Below, piece after piece: positions 1-14,879 of a stretch of DNA of 64,000 nucleotides (its first letter is position 1; each line of letters opens with the position of its first letter). Origin of the DNA: Raillietiella orientalis (lineage: Eukaryota). Position numbers and translations under genes: made by a program. The notes beneath the pieces were generated by a model that saw nothing but the letters and a program-made list of their open reading frames with translations, was not told the origin of the DNA and did not search any database. Where the stretch lies: the NCBI GenBank assembly GCA_036172245.1, contig JAYWIR010000032.1, positions 744,001 through 808,000 of the forward strand. The letters are read 5' to 3'.

Positions 1-569
1 AGATCAGTGACGTCGGAAGCAAAAAAGACTGACAGAAGGGCCACCATTCCGAACATCTCTTTCGAAAGGCATGCTTACCAGCACTTGGGTCCGCTGCTGC
101 GCGTGAAACGAAGCGTGCATGAAGATCGCACAAAGCTGACTCTGCGAGAGCGAAAGACTCCTCGTCGGCTCTGGTACGTTGCTTTGAATGAGAAACCCGA
201 ACATCATTTTTTTTTTTTTTGTCAAGGACACCTCGTATGGGCGTCGTCTCAAATGCAGCATACGAGGGAGCAAGTGAAGAGTCTGTGCAATCCTTCTTCA
301 TATCTGATAAACAACCAAAAGTTCATCTGCTGCGGTACTTACTGATTCAGCTCCGGGCAGGTGCGTTTACGTATCTAAATGCGCCTCATTAAACGCGTAC
401 AAGAGTCTGTTCTTGTACGCGGGCGGCGTCGATTGCTTTCGGGAACTTACCACCTTGCGGGAATTCGCTGTCATCCTCCGCGATTCTTTGTTCTTCCTCA
501 AGAAGCTTCCACAGAAAAAATAACTCGCTCTTGAAAGTTTTCAACCGGACACGCTGTCATAGAAACCCT

Positions 570-632
570 GTCATGCACCACAATACATTACAGTACTCGG
601 TCATGCATCTACAATACACATCGCAGTACTCC
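570..632 (+). repeat. Two imperfect ~30-33 nt tandem units
   Basis: gtcatgca..acaatac...cagtactc occurs twice. Confidence 0.7.
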
Positions 633-1099
633 GTTAGCATGTGCAGCTGGTGGTCATCAACCAAATACGTTGGATTCGAAGTGCTTAACTGGAGCTGCTC
701 TTTGTCACTTTGCTTGAAGACTGTGGTGCTTTCCGTCCTTATCATTTCTTCGATAAAAAGGAAAAAATCACAATGTAATGAGGGTAAAATCACAATACTA
801 GGGAGCGTGAACGGCGTACTTGCAATAGCACTTTCGACAAAACTGGATGCTATTTGGCATGATATGAAGTTACTGTGTGATCATGAAAAGGACGGAAGGA
901 AAATAGGGGCTGGTAGCCTGAAACCAAACCACACGTGGGGGGGTCGTACGGACTCCGCACACACTCATCCTCCAAAACGAAAGGCCAGTCGTCATGCTCG
1001 ATTTTGCCTGCAAATATGGTAACTCGGCGAAATCAGGAGATGCACGCCAAAGAAATAGGGATAAACACCAACAGCTGTCTCTCGTTCTCCCTGCAAGCG

Positions 1100-1850
1100 T
1101 AGGTTGGTTTTGGTAGGCGCATGAACGCTAGATTGGGCAGAAAACCGGAAGAGAATGCGAGCCAAGATCCAGCATAGGCAGGATGTTTACTGAAAGAGCA
1201 TCTTGGCTTACCGGTTCAGGATGAGCAGCTGCCATCATGTCTTCGGTAGAATAGCAAGGTATTTATTGTATGCACTGAAATTGCGCAAGATTTTCCCTAA
1301 ACCACCAAGTGAATCCCTGATTTTTCAGTGATCCTTCGGTATGACGGTTTAATCTTCCATGGGCATGTTGGAGCTGTGTGTGGCTGCCTGAACAATTTCT
1401 TCGCAGGTACGATTGATCTCCGAAGTAGGATTTGGGATCAGAAGCTGTTTTCAAACAGCCACTCAGTATCCAGGAGGGGATCATGGCAATGTGGTGACTA
1501 AAAGGTAGAGTTTCCTCTCAGAGCCAATGAGCATTTTGGGCATCAATACATTCTCCACTACGTCAGAAATCCCTCCCACGGTAACTTTTTTAGAGAACAA
1601 ATTCCGACTACTATTGGTTCTCTCAAGGGTTCTGCTGGAGTGGCAGAGCGCACTGGAACACTTGGATGAGCTGATGTAACATCAAATCCCCTTAGAAGCT
1701 CAGACACCCAAGGAACCCTGAGATTCTGGATGGAATCAACTTCCGTTCTTTGATACTCAATCCAGCGACGATCGCTGTTCCTCTTAGGTATCCGGATTGA
1801 CCTCCCTCTCATCTCGAAAGAACGAGCTCTTCCTGTTTTTCCAGCGTCTT
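1100..1850 (-). mobile_element. Ty3/gypsy RT-RNase H relic
   Basis: VDSIQN..VP.VSELLRGF...ATPAEPLRE, then HDP; heavily degraded. Confidence 0.4.
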
Positions 1851-3899
1851 CCTTCGTCTGCCCAGACGGAGAGCATTTTCCAGCGAAGACTTCAAACGAT
1901 TTTGGATGCACCCATTCACCGTGGAGCCTCTTTCGGAAGCGCTGAGATCCCCGAAGACGCGACCAGAAAAAGCACAGGCCGTTCTCATTCAGGAGAAAGA
2001 ATGCGATCGCTACTGTGCGTGCGCGCTCTTAGTGCTTCCGTGACCATATATGCAAGCAAACCTCGGAATGCTTTTACAGCTCGCCGCAAGTTAAACCATG
2101 CAGAGCTTTGATCAGGTTTCGTTTACACAGCAGCAGAATGTTTTTTTTTTTTTTTTCCTTTCCTCGTCTCGGTTTTTCGTTCCTTTTGCTCCATCGGAAT
2201 TCTGTCGATTGGCTTTCCTAATCCTCCGGGACTTGAAGACGTTTTCGGGATGGAAGTGCAGTGTTTGCTCTTTGCGAATTTCGAAAAATCGACAACCAGA
2301 AGGCAAATTTGCTTCCGCGTCCGTCCGCCCCTGCGAGAACAAACAAGAAAGCGCTCTCGTTGAGTTTGGATTCGGCAGCTACCGAGCCCGAGCCGAGTGT
2401 GTTGGTGGCTGCAGTTCATCTTCGCGCCTGGGTCATTTCCCAAAGCAGTCGCTCCCGCTCGCAGCCCCTCAAGATTTTACCTACGTTCGATTGTGCAAAA
2501 GAACGCGTACACGAACATGCGATAGAGAGGGGTCGCCATCACCGCAGTGTGGCTATCCTCTCCATGTGGTCTTTAGGGAATCGCCGTGGTCCTTCACTTA
2601 ACTGCCATCCCACACCAAAAGCTTCTTTCCTGATTCACCAAAGGGGAGGCGAGAAAAAAATGACCCCAGCTATTCGGACAATCTGGCACCATATTGGAAG
2701 TAGGCTGTTGAGCACATGAAGCTACGAAGACCAGAATGAAAGAGTCCTTCGCTGTTTTACGGATGATGGCATGCGAGGAGCTTAAAGGTAGGATCCACCG
2801 CCGTGACGACAACTTCTCCCAGAACTCGAAGAAGTCGAGCGAGTCTCTTACGATGCAACACACACATGCTCAGTCGCCTTGCTCTCCTCAGGGAGAAGCT
2901 ATGAGTATTCGGAGCACAGAAGGAGCACAGCCGGTGGCCCGACGGATGCTTCCGGTGGTCGTCGCGAGAGCAGTGATTGCTGGAAGACACCATTCTTTTT
3001 GTGAGGCACTTCGCCTCTGCCACCTAGTGATCTTCAGTTCCATCATCTCAAGATTTGCCACGATCCTTTCCTACAGCTACGGAAAGCTGAGCTGAGCGCA
3101 GCGACCCGTTTGTAGAACTGGAAAGCCAGTCCTCGGTGTTTTGCTGTCAGGTGCCTTCCGTTGTCCCGAGCTTCCCAGCGCTATTGCTTGGCACTCGAAG
3201 AAGGAGACGTCTAACATGGTGCTGACTCACCCGTCGACCCGAAGCACATAGTGGGGTTGATTCCAAGCGCAGGCTGGTCGCAGCTCCTAATATTCCCGGA
3301 CAGTCGAAAAAAGGGACAGCTTAACTGAGCACATACACGGAAGTTTGCAACCCCACTGAATTTTCTTCCTTCAGTCAGGCGCTCGTCTCTCAGGGAGATG
3401 ACTGTAAATCCGTGGTCACCTGATGTGTTTCTGGAAGAGTATGTCTGGAGTGTATCTTTCCGAAAGAATAAAATTCCTTGCTTTCTTCCTGGAGTTTTCC
3501 AAGAGTATAACCAAGAAGTGCATCTTTTGCTCGTGACCTTGCCGTCATTCGTCATCGTGGAGGTTTGCCTTGTTCTTACTCTGACTTGAGCTCCCCGAAC
3601 TGCTTTTTTGGAATGCTCTTTAAGAGTTTGCAACGGATGTCGAAGTGGCTTGAAAGTGAGCAGATTGAAGGCGGAAGGTTTTCTCACCCAGTTTTCCTGG
3701 GGCCTTTATAAATTATAATAAACATTCAGCAACGAGTGGTGGAAAGATTCCTGATTCTGCCACACCCGAAATCTTTATGAAGACGCCTAGATGCTGGTAG
3801 ACGGACCGACAAAGTCCGACTACGGCAACAGGAAGAAGGGGAGCAAACAAAAAGAAAACGAAACAAGAATAAATAAACGAGTTTAAAAGCTTTAAGGAA

Positions 3900-4450
3900 G
3901 AAGGGAAGTTCGGGAGAGATCACTGTCCATCATGGGGTGTCAGCTGCACCCTTTCCAGGATGTCGGCAAGTTCCTTCTGGATGGTTCTCAGATGAGAGCC
4001 ACCTCGTGACGATCCCCGGTTTTTCCTGTGTTTTGTCCGGTGGATGTCGTTCCTGCTGCGTCGGCCTCCTCTGGAGACGCTTCAGTCCGTCACTGTACCG
4101 AGAAGGCGGCCAATAATTGGTAACGACGCTTCTGGAGGAAACGTGTCCTGACGAAGAAGCGTTTAACGACGTCCTCTTCCACCTTAAGGGGACGGTAAGA
4201 AGCGCGGGTTCGTGAGGGTTGTCCATGTGCTGTGCCCAGATGAGCAGTCCCTTGGGTAAGACAATCGAGGTCGCAGCATCCCCGAGTTCCCGTGTCGACC
4301 ACCCACCAAAGAGTTTCACTTTCCTTGCAGCGAGGCAGGCAACGTCTCACCTTTCCAGTGTGCCACTGCCAAGGACTTCCCCCAATGAGGAAGCGCTGCG
4401 AAAAGGGAGAAAGCGGGCAGTAAAGGGGCACCTAAGGGATGGTTTCCACC
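3900..4450 (-). mobile_element. L1/Tx1-like LINE 3' fragment
   Basis: GGWSTRELGDAATSIVLPKGLLIW and shared 3' motif ggaacttgccgacatcctgg. Confidence 0.6.
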
Positions 4451-5099
4451 CAAGTGCACTTCAAGGCGGAGAGAGAAAAGGTCTGAATCGCAATCATTCT
4501 GCCTGCTTCTGTTTGGAAGGATCTGAAGGTGCGAACGTAGACGCCCGTCCTTGGAGATTCCCAGGGCTTTCCGCTGCCACTCTCTGCCTGCTGCGAGCTC
4601 CTCGAGAGATGCGCAGTAGCTTCAGCATCCTGCTACCGTTTCGGTGCTGCGGTAGTAATCCTTGGAGATCGGAATCGCGCCGCACGCTTCGCACGCCCGT
4701 TTCCGCCCAAAAACGGTCCAGGAAACTCGTCCTAGGATTGACAGAGACGGGGAAGGAAAAGATGCCATACTTTTCGCCTATCTTTCTCCGCCTTTGTTTT
4801 TTTGTTTTTGAAAAAGAAAAAAAAAAACATCCGACAGCTCGTCTCCCCGCAAGCCTCTTGCCATACAAGGCACCTCCTTGAAACACTGCTGCACTACCAG
4901 AACTCATAAGTGTTTTAGCTCGACGGTGGACGTGTTATCGTTTGCGTTGCGCGCTACTTGACGAGTGCAAATATTTGTTCTTCTGGAGTGCAAACAGTCT
5001 TTGTCTTCAGCTCCAATCTTTTGCATTTTGACTTCTGGTTAGTCCACTTTGACTTTGAACAGCACATGTTGCCAGTAAAGAAACGCACATTTCGGTCTA

Positions 5100-7300
5100 C
5101 AGGATTAATCAGAGAGCAGCAAGCTCGATAAACGAGCGAGGAATGAGTGGTGCATCCGAGGGGGTTGCCCGTACCCCTTACACGAGAAGCAGCATCGGAA
5201 AAGAGTCCTGGTTCCTGGACTCGAGCTTTGCGGAATTATCTAAAACGGTCGCATCATGAACCTCACAGTTATTTGCTACGAATTTTCGAATCTCAATCCA
5301 TCACTTCTGCATCCGTTCCGTTCTGCGGGCTTTCTCGGTTGGGGCTTTTTGCCTTTTGAAGAGGTGAGCATTTGGGGTTCTTGTGCCTTCTTCCATTCCA
5401 TCCTTTCCGTGCCATTTTGTGGATCCCGCAGCTGCAGTGTAGGGAAACATTTTTATTTTGTGGATGCAACGAGAAAACTCTGGCAGGTTTCTGGTAGCAT
5501 TTTCTATGCTGTGGAACGAGATGGGCATTCGCTGGGCAAATCCAAAATTAGTACAGAAAAGTGAATGCAAGGTGTGCAGCAATCCGGAGAGGTTTCCACC
5601 TCTTCGGATCGTGGAGGCTGAGATGCAGAGGATAATACACTGGTGCTACCCATGCATTCATGAGAATGCTGTTCGGAACGGTCATTCGGAATAGTCCCCG
5701 CGGAGAGGAATGAGCGAGTCGCAGACGTCGTCGGTCAGGATGCCGATCTCTGTATTCCACCTTCAAAAGATCTTTCCAGCGGCTCCAAGGGAACCTCCGC
5801 GGCCGCATTTGCGTGCTCGACGGGAAGCTGCAGCACTTCTTACAGCGGCACCGCACCGGCAAACTTGGCGAGATGGGTGGCGTGCTGGATTGCAAGCTGA
5901 TCTTTCCCGCTGTCGGAGTTTGAGTCGCGACGCCGGAGCCAGTTGCAGCACGTTGGCAAATTGGCTGCCACGTTGATAAGGTGAGCGTGTTCGTGTTTGT
6001 GCACGGAAGCACTGTTCTCGAGAGAAGCTCGTGTCTTCACCCTCGAGAGCGGCGCTCCCTTCCGGCCGACGGACGTCGGCTTCTCAAACATCCTTCTGGC
6101 TTCACGGTCGCGTCCTCCGGTTTTGTTGCACCTCTTCAAGGAAAGCTGACGTTCGGCGTTTTCATATTGTCCACCCTTGGAAATTTTCATCTCTTCTCTC
6201 CGAGCTCCCGCTGGTGCTGCTTCTAGTTTTAAGAACGCCCTGTCGTTCGAAGAACTGACTGGCAGCGGTTCGTATTTTTTTCGGGTCATTTCCTTTGTTC
6301 TGAAATGCTCTTGAAATCAAGGCTTGGATAAAATCGACAGCTGCCGTTTCCGGGGAAACAGAAGTGGGTTTCGATCCTTTCGAAAACGGGTCCAAACATC
6401 CTGGCTAGAAAGAAGCGCTCCTTCCGAAACCGCACACATTGCGCGGGCAACGAATTTGCAGCAAGGTGGTGGTAACACTGCTCAGGCTGGTTTAAAGGAA
6501 TGGAGCGAAGCCGAGACGCACCTTGGAAGCTGGTTCGCCATGGGGTTCCCATCCGTGACGGAAGACCTTCCTTGAAGGATGCGATCAGACTTTTCGTTGC
6601 CAAGGGAAAACGCGTCCTCCATCTGCATGTTGCATCGAATATTCCTTTCGGCGATGCCCTTATCCTGAGGGAACACGCCGACCTCCGCGAAATAGGGGAA
6701 ACAACGTGCGAACCCCCCGCTGACTCGTGGTGGTGATGAGGCCGCGTGTCAACGTGCCTACAGGCCTCAGCTCTGAGGGGAAGGACTGGAAAATCTTTCG
6801 AGTGCAGCCAGGGGGCCTTTCTGCCTCGCGAACGCTTTCCCGGACCGCATTAACGTGGGCAGACCCCCTCCTGTAGGCACTCTTCCGTTGACCTCCATAT
6901 GCCTTTTCTAGTTTGTCCTGATGCTCTTCCCTGGACTCGGACCCCAATGTTTCCGCCGTTGAAGATTACATGGAAACAGAAAGAAACTCCTTCGGTCTCG
7001 GCTGCCACGTGACCCAAAAGCAGCCGGTGAACTGGCATTCCTCGGCACTCCAGAAAGCGGGATGCTCGGCATTCAAAGCACGTAAGAAGGACTCACTCCT
7101 GATGCCAAGGTTCACATGTAGCTTGTGGCTGGCATCCGATGAACTCGCCACCTCGCCTACGCCGGGTGTTTTTTTTTTCTTCTTCGGCGCGAGCGTCCGC
7201 AAACGGTGGATCAAGTCGAAGGCGACAGTGCGCCCCGCTCCGTGCTGCACCAAACGGGCAAAATTTTTCATTACCTCCTCTGCAACACTGTGATGAACCG
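5100..7300 (-). mobile_element. Possible Ty3/gypsy gag/integrase relic
   Basis: KLEKAYG...ESVRE and LIASFKEGLP gag-like remnants. Confidence 0.3.
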
Positions 7301-9039
7301 AAATCACGTCGCCGTCCATTTTTTGTTTTTGTGTGCAGAATCCAAATCCGGATGGACTAAGTCCCTTCTGAATTCATTTTGCGTGCGTGCGTGCGTGCGT
7401 GTGTGTGTGTTTTGCTGATAAACTCCCCAACTTCTTTGCATTCATTGCGCTGCCATGCTTTGTGCTTTTCAACTCCTCGCTGCAGGAAAAACACATGGCC
7501 GCCATTTTCTCGCTCACTGGAAACGTTATTTCGAGTGTGATTTCAGCCGTGGACCGAAATCTGGGCATCTGCAGCGAGCAGAATTTGCAACCCTTCGCAG
7601 ATTTCTCTCCTTTCGTGAATTAGACGTTCGTGCTCGAGGCAGCAAGAAAGATCGAGTTCCACCATCACGTGCGGAAGAGGTGCTTCCCCGAACGGAAGGT
7701 TCCCTCGGAGAGGCGAATGCCGTTACGGGGAAAATTTTTTCGCCTCTCAGGTTGTGCAGCATCAGAAATGATCTTCCTCAAGTTCCTCTCGCTTCTGCTC
7801 CAAGCGACGAATCTGCTCCCCAGGAAAACTGCCTCCGTTTCTCCTCCCCTGCTCAGTTCGTTGTGACTTTGTTTCGGCTTCCCAGTTCATGCACCTTTTG
7901 TCCCCATTCTTCGATCGCTCGGAAGACTTTTAATGGATCTGCAAGGTTCCCTCTGAGTAGCGGCTTCTGCTGCCTGCCTGCTGCTGGAACAGCTTTGCCA
8001 AATGTTCCGTGCCTGTCTTCTCACTTCCAAGTCGCAATTCAGGAAGATCCCAAAAGGGAAGTGTCCTCCCTGGATTTCACTCTCAGGAGATGGCCATTAA
8101 AAGTCCGCGTGCTCGTAGCTGATTGATGTAAAGTTTCCAAGTCCACGGATGGAACTCTTCATTTGGAATGTCGGGATACTAAATCGAAACTTGAATGTGC
8201 TTGCGTCAAGCTCCATAGAACTGAACGAACAGCGCTCGCGTCACGGCGCATAATCAAACGTCACGTCACGCAGTTGTGGTGCACACCACCAGCTTGACAA
8301 TTCCATCCCATGGAGAGCGCCATTTTAAATTGGCATGTTGTTTTTGGTGCCCATTGATGTAGCAGGATTATTCGTCAGATCGAAGACCTCAGCAGCAGGG
8401 CGTAGTAGCATTACACTGTAGTAATGTTAACGGGATAGTACAAGCAGCTATGAGCGAAATGTGCGCTCTCGTTGGTCAGCTGGGAACTGGGAGAGTGGAT
8501 TTCCGTACACGATCAGGTGGACTTGGTTGCATGTTGGCACAGCTACAGATCTGGAAAGTGTACGGGAGGGACAGCAGTTAGCAGGTTTGTGTTCCAATAG
8601 CGACCTGTGAAATTCCATTCAGGCTAACGAAAGCGTTTCCAGTCACTCATCCATCCATCCTCCCACACAGTGGTTTTTGTGTTAAGAGTAACTGGAATTA
8701 CTGCATCCCCAGCATTCCATCCGCCGCGGCTGGCTGCTGGTGGATGTAAGCCTTCTAGCAACTAACGTGCAACGTGCACGACTGTGTTTTGCTTCCATTC
8801 TTTGTTTCTTACCTTCTTTCGGAAAAAAAAAAAGTGTCCGCCCGCTCACTTTTTTTCAAAAATACGGTGAAGTTTTATAGGAAAACGGATCGAATACTGC
8901 TAAACCTCTACATATGTATAAAATAAGTAAAAAATCGAAGCCATTTTTCGTATCTTGATGGGCATCTTGAGATGCAAAAAACAACGTGGCATACTTAGGA
9001 CCGCGGCTGTCTACAGTTCAAAAATCTTGCTGAATGGAA

Positions 9040-9290
9040 AGAGTAATGAACGTGAAGCCCATGAACAAGTTTTATGTTTGTGGAAGGATAGATCACACGG
9101 AGAGCAAGCAAAGCCAGGAACACGGTAGCGGCGCGTGGAAGATTTCGGGGAGGATCGGTTCCATCCGTGCAGGAAACTGGAATCGCATCAGGACAAATGC
9201 ATGTCAATTCTCGATCGTTCCAAATACCCAACTTCAAAAATGATTCGAAAAAGGGGAGGGTCCCAAATCTCTTTGAGTGGACCAGTGTGA
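9040..9290 (+). mobile_element. Possible THAP-domain relic of a DNA transposon
   Basis: VCG...W...IR..NW...C followed by KKGRVPNLFEW (AVP-x-IF-like) across a frameshift. Confidence 0.3.
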
Positions 9291-9849
9291 GTTCATCACA
9301 CCCATTCCTAAACGTAGTTCCTGGTAGCAAAGAAAAAAAAAAAAAAAAGGATTATTAGCTGTGTCTCCAACGCAAAGTGCGACCCCCTTGTCAAGAAAAA
9401 CAACCCGCACGAAACTTGCGAGATGGTCCACACGTCCGTCCTCTCCAGAAACTCGAGAACTTTCCCATCCCACTTCCTACACAACGGGAACAAGACTTTC
9501 TGCTGCCAGAGCGAACGCACTGGAGTCAAAACACGGATGCCAACACCGTTGCCATGGGAAAAGAAAAGAAAAAAAAAACTGCACACCGAGAACTGCACGC
9601 CTGACTGTTAACACGGTTCGCCTCCAAATGGAAATGCAAACACTGAATCGGGAATGAAACCTTTCCCAGTTCGTACCCTGATGGGCCCACTGAAGAAGGC
9701 CCAGCAACCCGGAATTTTTTCGACAGAAATGTAGATTGGAGAACTCACGGCGAGATTCTCAGCCATAAACCATTCTGGGCAATTCGCGCGAGATTATGCA
9801 GCATCGGAAGTGCCGACACTGAGAATTCAAGAAACCACGAACTACACGT

Positions 9850-10350
9850 TGCTAGGTTCTCCTTCCGGCAGGGACTCGCAGTGATTTACAGGAAATTCTT
9901 GTGAGCGCTATGAAAAAACTGAATGGCATTAGGAAAGCCTTGTGATGAATGACGGCGAACGAGGGAACAAAAATTGCTGTGCATTTCATGCTGCATGTCG
10001 GCAATGGGATTCCTGCGTTAGCGAAGTGAAAGAAATGATCGAACTGTTCAACCACGGATCTTCAGTGTCGTTCGAATCGAATGGAAAACATTCGCAATTC
10101 CTCAACGGATTGGTTGGTGCACGATGGGTGAGATTTCTTCGGTGTTCTCGGATGGGGAATTCCGATAAGTGTGGCACGTCCGTGTTTCCCTACCTCCATC
10201 TTCGCCCTCACTTCTCCCGAGTGTTGGCACACTCGAAGCGGATAAACATTCTCGGAGTGCGACCAGCGTTCTGTTGCCACGGCGACCGTCCACTATCGGA
10301 TCCGAGGAAGCGCTGGGTGTCGGTGCTAGGAAACGGATTTCCAGAGTCGA
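9850..10350 (-). mobile_element. Ty3/gypsy integrase relic
   Basis: ENV...VCQ, VEELR...RF and FTS remnants in the expected order. Confidence 0.3.
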
Positions 10351-10799
10351 CTTGGGGAGCAGGTAGCATCGTTGCGGAAAAGCGAAGTAGAACGATGATG
10401 ATGCGAAAAAAAAAAAAAAAAAAAAATTTTTCTTTTGCTGGCCATCCGCTTCCCGTCTTTTGCGGAGCATCCTTTTCACGATTTCGTGAAAATCATGATT
10501 TTTCCCCATGGCAGACACATCTACAGGAATCTGAGTGTCCTTTTCGAAGGATTCCTTCTTTTTCGAGTGTTACTTGACATAACACAAATTGTTAACGAAG
10601 GAAATCAGAACAAGTGCAAAAACAGCAAACGTCAATTATTTTTCTTCCTGACATTTTCAAACTTCTTCTTCTAGAATATCACTGAATGTCATCGAAAAAC
10701 GGATGTTTGATGATCTAGAAACCAGTCGTTTCATTTCAGAAGCTGCAGAAGGCAAAACTGTTCAATCTTGGTGCATCGGACTGCAGATTCAAGCTAACT

Positions 10800-12730
10800 G
10801 AATGTCTTTAAGCCAAAGTAATGCCAGTGGGGCCATCTCAACTGGCTCCCTCTAAGTCGAAAATGAAGGACCCCTTTCAGTGAAAATGTTCTCATCACTA
10901 TCCACCCTTTGCACTCATACAACGCGGTGCACGTTGTTGTACTTTCCATGGTAGAAAGCATTAGCTGTCTAGCAGCAAAATGTAACCGCCTTTCTTCAGA
11001 TCTTTCATCATGGCATATGGATACCCTTCAAAGTGTGTTCTGGATCATGAAACAGAAACCAACTTGTTTCGCGCGACTTCTTCCTCTCAATCTGTTTGCT
11101 TTTTGAAGACACGGCGGCCGGAGAATGAAACTTGGGTCAATCGCAGCATTTTTTCCACTTGACTTGAGTCTGTTCTATGGTTCTTCAGATTTCATTTACA
11201 CAAGGGAGCCACAGGACTGTCCATCAACTACACATCGCCTCCTCGGCCTCGCTTGAACCACACTTTCTGAAACATCTTTAAAACTAGCCAACTAATCGAA
11301 ATGCAGTTGCCTACATTTGACTCAACATTTCTTATCAACCTTTTGCATGCCTAATTAGTGCGCAACATGTCTTGACTGACAATGTAGCTGAGTGCGACAC
11401 ATTTCATTCTACACTCAACATTGCCTAGCAATGCTACACCTCATAGTGCAGAGGGTTGCTTGTATGTGTAGCTTTGGTGAACGAAATCTTTGGCGCTTTG
11501 TGAAGTGGTTTTCCAGGAGTCTTCAGAAGACGAGTTTTGCCCTCTCTTATCGATTTTCAGTGGCTACGAACTTGAGGACACTGAGTTCCAAGAAACTGAA
11601 ACACGAAGAAAAATACAATCGCAACTCAGGTTTGAAAAGCTTTCTCAAAGTGCTGGTTTAAAAGTCCCATTCGAGTTAAGAGAAGCATTGAAACTTATTC
11701 TGGTGATACTTCGCTCTTCATAGAGAATGCCGCGATACTTTTCGATCTCTGTGTGTTCCATGTTCTTCTAGGCATTTTGGATAGGACCCCTGATGTCCAA
11801 TCGGTTGCAGCACCCAGAATGAGTTCAAATGTAGTCTTTGCACCCTTCGAGATGCAGAAATTTCGTTTCACTAAGACAGAAGATTTCCATCTGGAAAAAA
11901 ATGTCGGAAATTACATTTTAGCCTCGGGGCTATCCTTTCTCGTCTTCACATTATGGCGCTGCAAACTTGGAAGGAAATAAAAAACAACACCTTGATCGAC
12001 AGTTAGTGTTGAAATGAAGTGTGCATTGTGATCGTCATTTCGATAATTTAATCTTCCGCTAACTTCATTAAAATCGTTCGGAATCCTCTCTCAAGTGCTC
12101 TAATTGCGTTTGCTTTCTGCTTGTAGGTAGATGAGTGCCTTTATGTGCTCGAAATGATCAATTATCATTGACCTTTCTTCAGTTCATGTCTTCTCTCAAA
12201 ATGCAGTTTATCTGATGTCTAGGCTGCTTTCGATCGAAACTTCTTATTCAAATTGTGTGTTTATAAATTATTTATTAGCTTCTTTTGGTACAGAAATTTC
12301 GCAAATTCTATCAAAAGGATAAGAGCAGCGGTGAAGTTTAGAAAGCGGATCTGACGTATCCGTTTTCTAAACTTCACCTTCCTCTCTGCCACCAATTCTC
12401 GTACTATTTTTTCCCTGCGACACTTCCCACTGCAGATCGTACTTCGCATTTAAACGAGTGGATTTCTGGCTACACTCTACACTCTGCCTATTCTCGAGAT
12501 TCTCTTTCGATGCGCCATGTTTATTCCATTTCTCAAAAGATTTGCGTGATTGTCCTAAAAGTTCGTTTTCAAAAGGGAAGAGCATACCAAGACGGATAAG
12601 TGGTACTACACAAAAAAAAAATCCGTGCCCCCTTACCATATTTCATGACTGTTTGCAAAAATAATACAAATACCAGCGCTTCAACGAAGTCATCATTTTT
12701 GCAACCTGGGAAGCTGCAGCTTCGTCGAGG
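10800..12730 (-). mobile_element. P-element/THAP9-like transposase relic
   Basis: SCSFPGCKN...FLCS (THAP-like) at ~12720-12600, followed by NCILREDM (CxLxxDEM-like) and other degraded motifs. Confidence 0.4.
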
Positions 12731-14879
12731 CAAAGAGTTTCCGGTGCTGATTGTTTGATTTCTTGTTGAGTTACGTGAATTACCAAGCAGGAAAATCGCG
12801 TTGAAGAAGATAATCACCGAATGAGAGAGAATAAGGGAACGGCTATGCCATGCTTCACAATGATGCTGTTTGGCTTGTTCTCGGTCCTCCAGATGCCTAA
12901 GAATCTTCATGGACTTTCAGGAGTTTTCTTACTATTCGTAAGCATGATTAATTACGTTGATCTCTTTGCTCTGAGGATTCAGTTTCTTCCGTGCTCAATG
13001 AATTCAATACGATTCATGAGCTTTGTTTGGGAAGCTTTCATGAGACCACGTAGCCAGTGGTGGTGCAGAGGTCTCGATTGCCACAAACGCGGAAGGGCCA
13101 GAGCCGAGAGACACCCAAACGAACTCTGGGAACAAGAAAAAAAACAAAAGAGAGGAGAAATAGGCAACAATGAAACGAAGCCTAAGAGAAGTGGCAACAA
13201 TTGAAGCATCGAAGGTGGAAGGAAAGACAACAATGAAAGGAAACGAAAAGGGAGAGAGGGGAAAAAAGCTGCAACAATGAAAGAAAATGGGGAAGAAAGG
13301 AAGGGAAAAAAAAGCATATGGCTGCTGCTGCCAGTTCTGTCTCATGTCACCGCTCATTGGTTGAGCGTTCTCGAAAACTTTTCGTATTTCTAACAAGCAA
13401 TTAAAAACTTTCTACAATCTCTAAAGCCTTCCGAATAACACACCAGGTACTAAGGAATCCTGTCAGCTCAAGAATTTTATGATATCGGATCATTTACAAA
13501 GCATTTCAAAACTTCGAAACGCTCAAGCGAAATTCCTAAAAGTGCAATCGCTTCTAAAAAGCAAACAAAAACTGCAACAAATGAGTAGAGGCAGCAAGGA
13601 TTGTATACTATAGTTGTATTGTATAGTGTACTCGTTCCATCAAAATATCGCCTCTCCGATAAACGATGAGACCTGAGGTTGGAAATCCTTTCAAAGATGC
13701 AGACACTTTTTCATGAAATAGCGTTCCCAGACATTTAGAAACGAAACTATCCATTCTGGGAATGGAGAGAATAAGATATTGGAAAAAAAAAGTGAAAAAT
13801 TAAGGAATTCATTAAACCCAGGCATTTCCTGGCTGTCCGGATATCCGGCGAAAGTACACGAAAGCGCTCGCAATATCCCATTCTCATAAATCTCCAATGG
13901 AAACCAGAAAAAAAATCGCGATAAGGACAGCCAGAGACCGATGGAATATTTCAGAACAGACCATCAAAAAAGAATAATGTTGCAGCCTTTAAAACGATTG
14001 ACTAATTTTACACGGAAACGAAGTAAAGTAAACAAGGCTATTTCCTTTAATGATGTCTCCGCGACTAGTGAATGTTCAGAGCAGGAATAACTTATCAGAT
14101 TGCAAGGACAGAATAAAATATAAGAATGTAGAAATTTGGCTAGCAGAAGACTATTTATTTAACAGTGTAGATTTTTCCGGGTTGCTTTCAAGATAACATC
14201 ACGACACAGAGTCTCAAACAGCGAGATCTACTTCGGAACTTTAGAGCTGAGGCTGTGAAGTTTTCTGCAGTCAAGCAATGGCAGTCCAAGCCAGACGACT
14301 GCTGTTTCTACTGCTGAAACCAAACCAGATTCGTGCACCGAACCTTTCACTCTGCCCTTGCACGAAAAACCAAGAAATTTACCGGCTCCAGTCTCTTCTA
14401 GCCTGGATTTTTGGGGAAGGATCTAAGATATCATAGCTTCACTGTACGGATGCTGTGTTCTCTAATGAGTTTCAAACACAAATGCCTTTTCTAGGAGCGC
14501 CGAGATACACATTCCTGATCTTAAGTCCGGATAAGAGATCCCCTGCGTGCAACGCTGACGTGCTTTCTTCCGTTTCCATGGAAGTTCGTTTTTATCGACT
14601 GCCGAGAATTGCATGCAGCATGATCTAGAAATCAGGGTTGGAGGACTTCACTCCAGTTCATCTCATTGCTCGCAAGATGCTTTTCATCGACGATGCATCC
14701 ACTCTGCAGTCCCTTGGATGAATGTAAAGGTGTGTTTTGATAGAAAAGCAGCGTTCGAGGGAGAATCTTTACCCTGGGGAACAAAATTCCTAATCGCATG
14801 TTGTGGTGTTTCGGATGGATAGGTAACGAGCAGCTGAGGCAGTTGATGGTTTTTTCATCTTTGGACATTTGGTTGCTTT

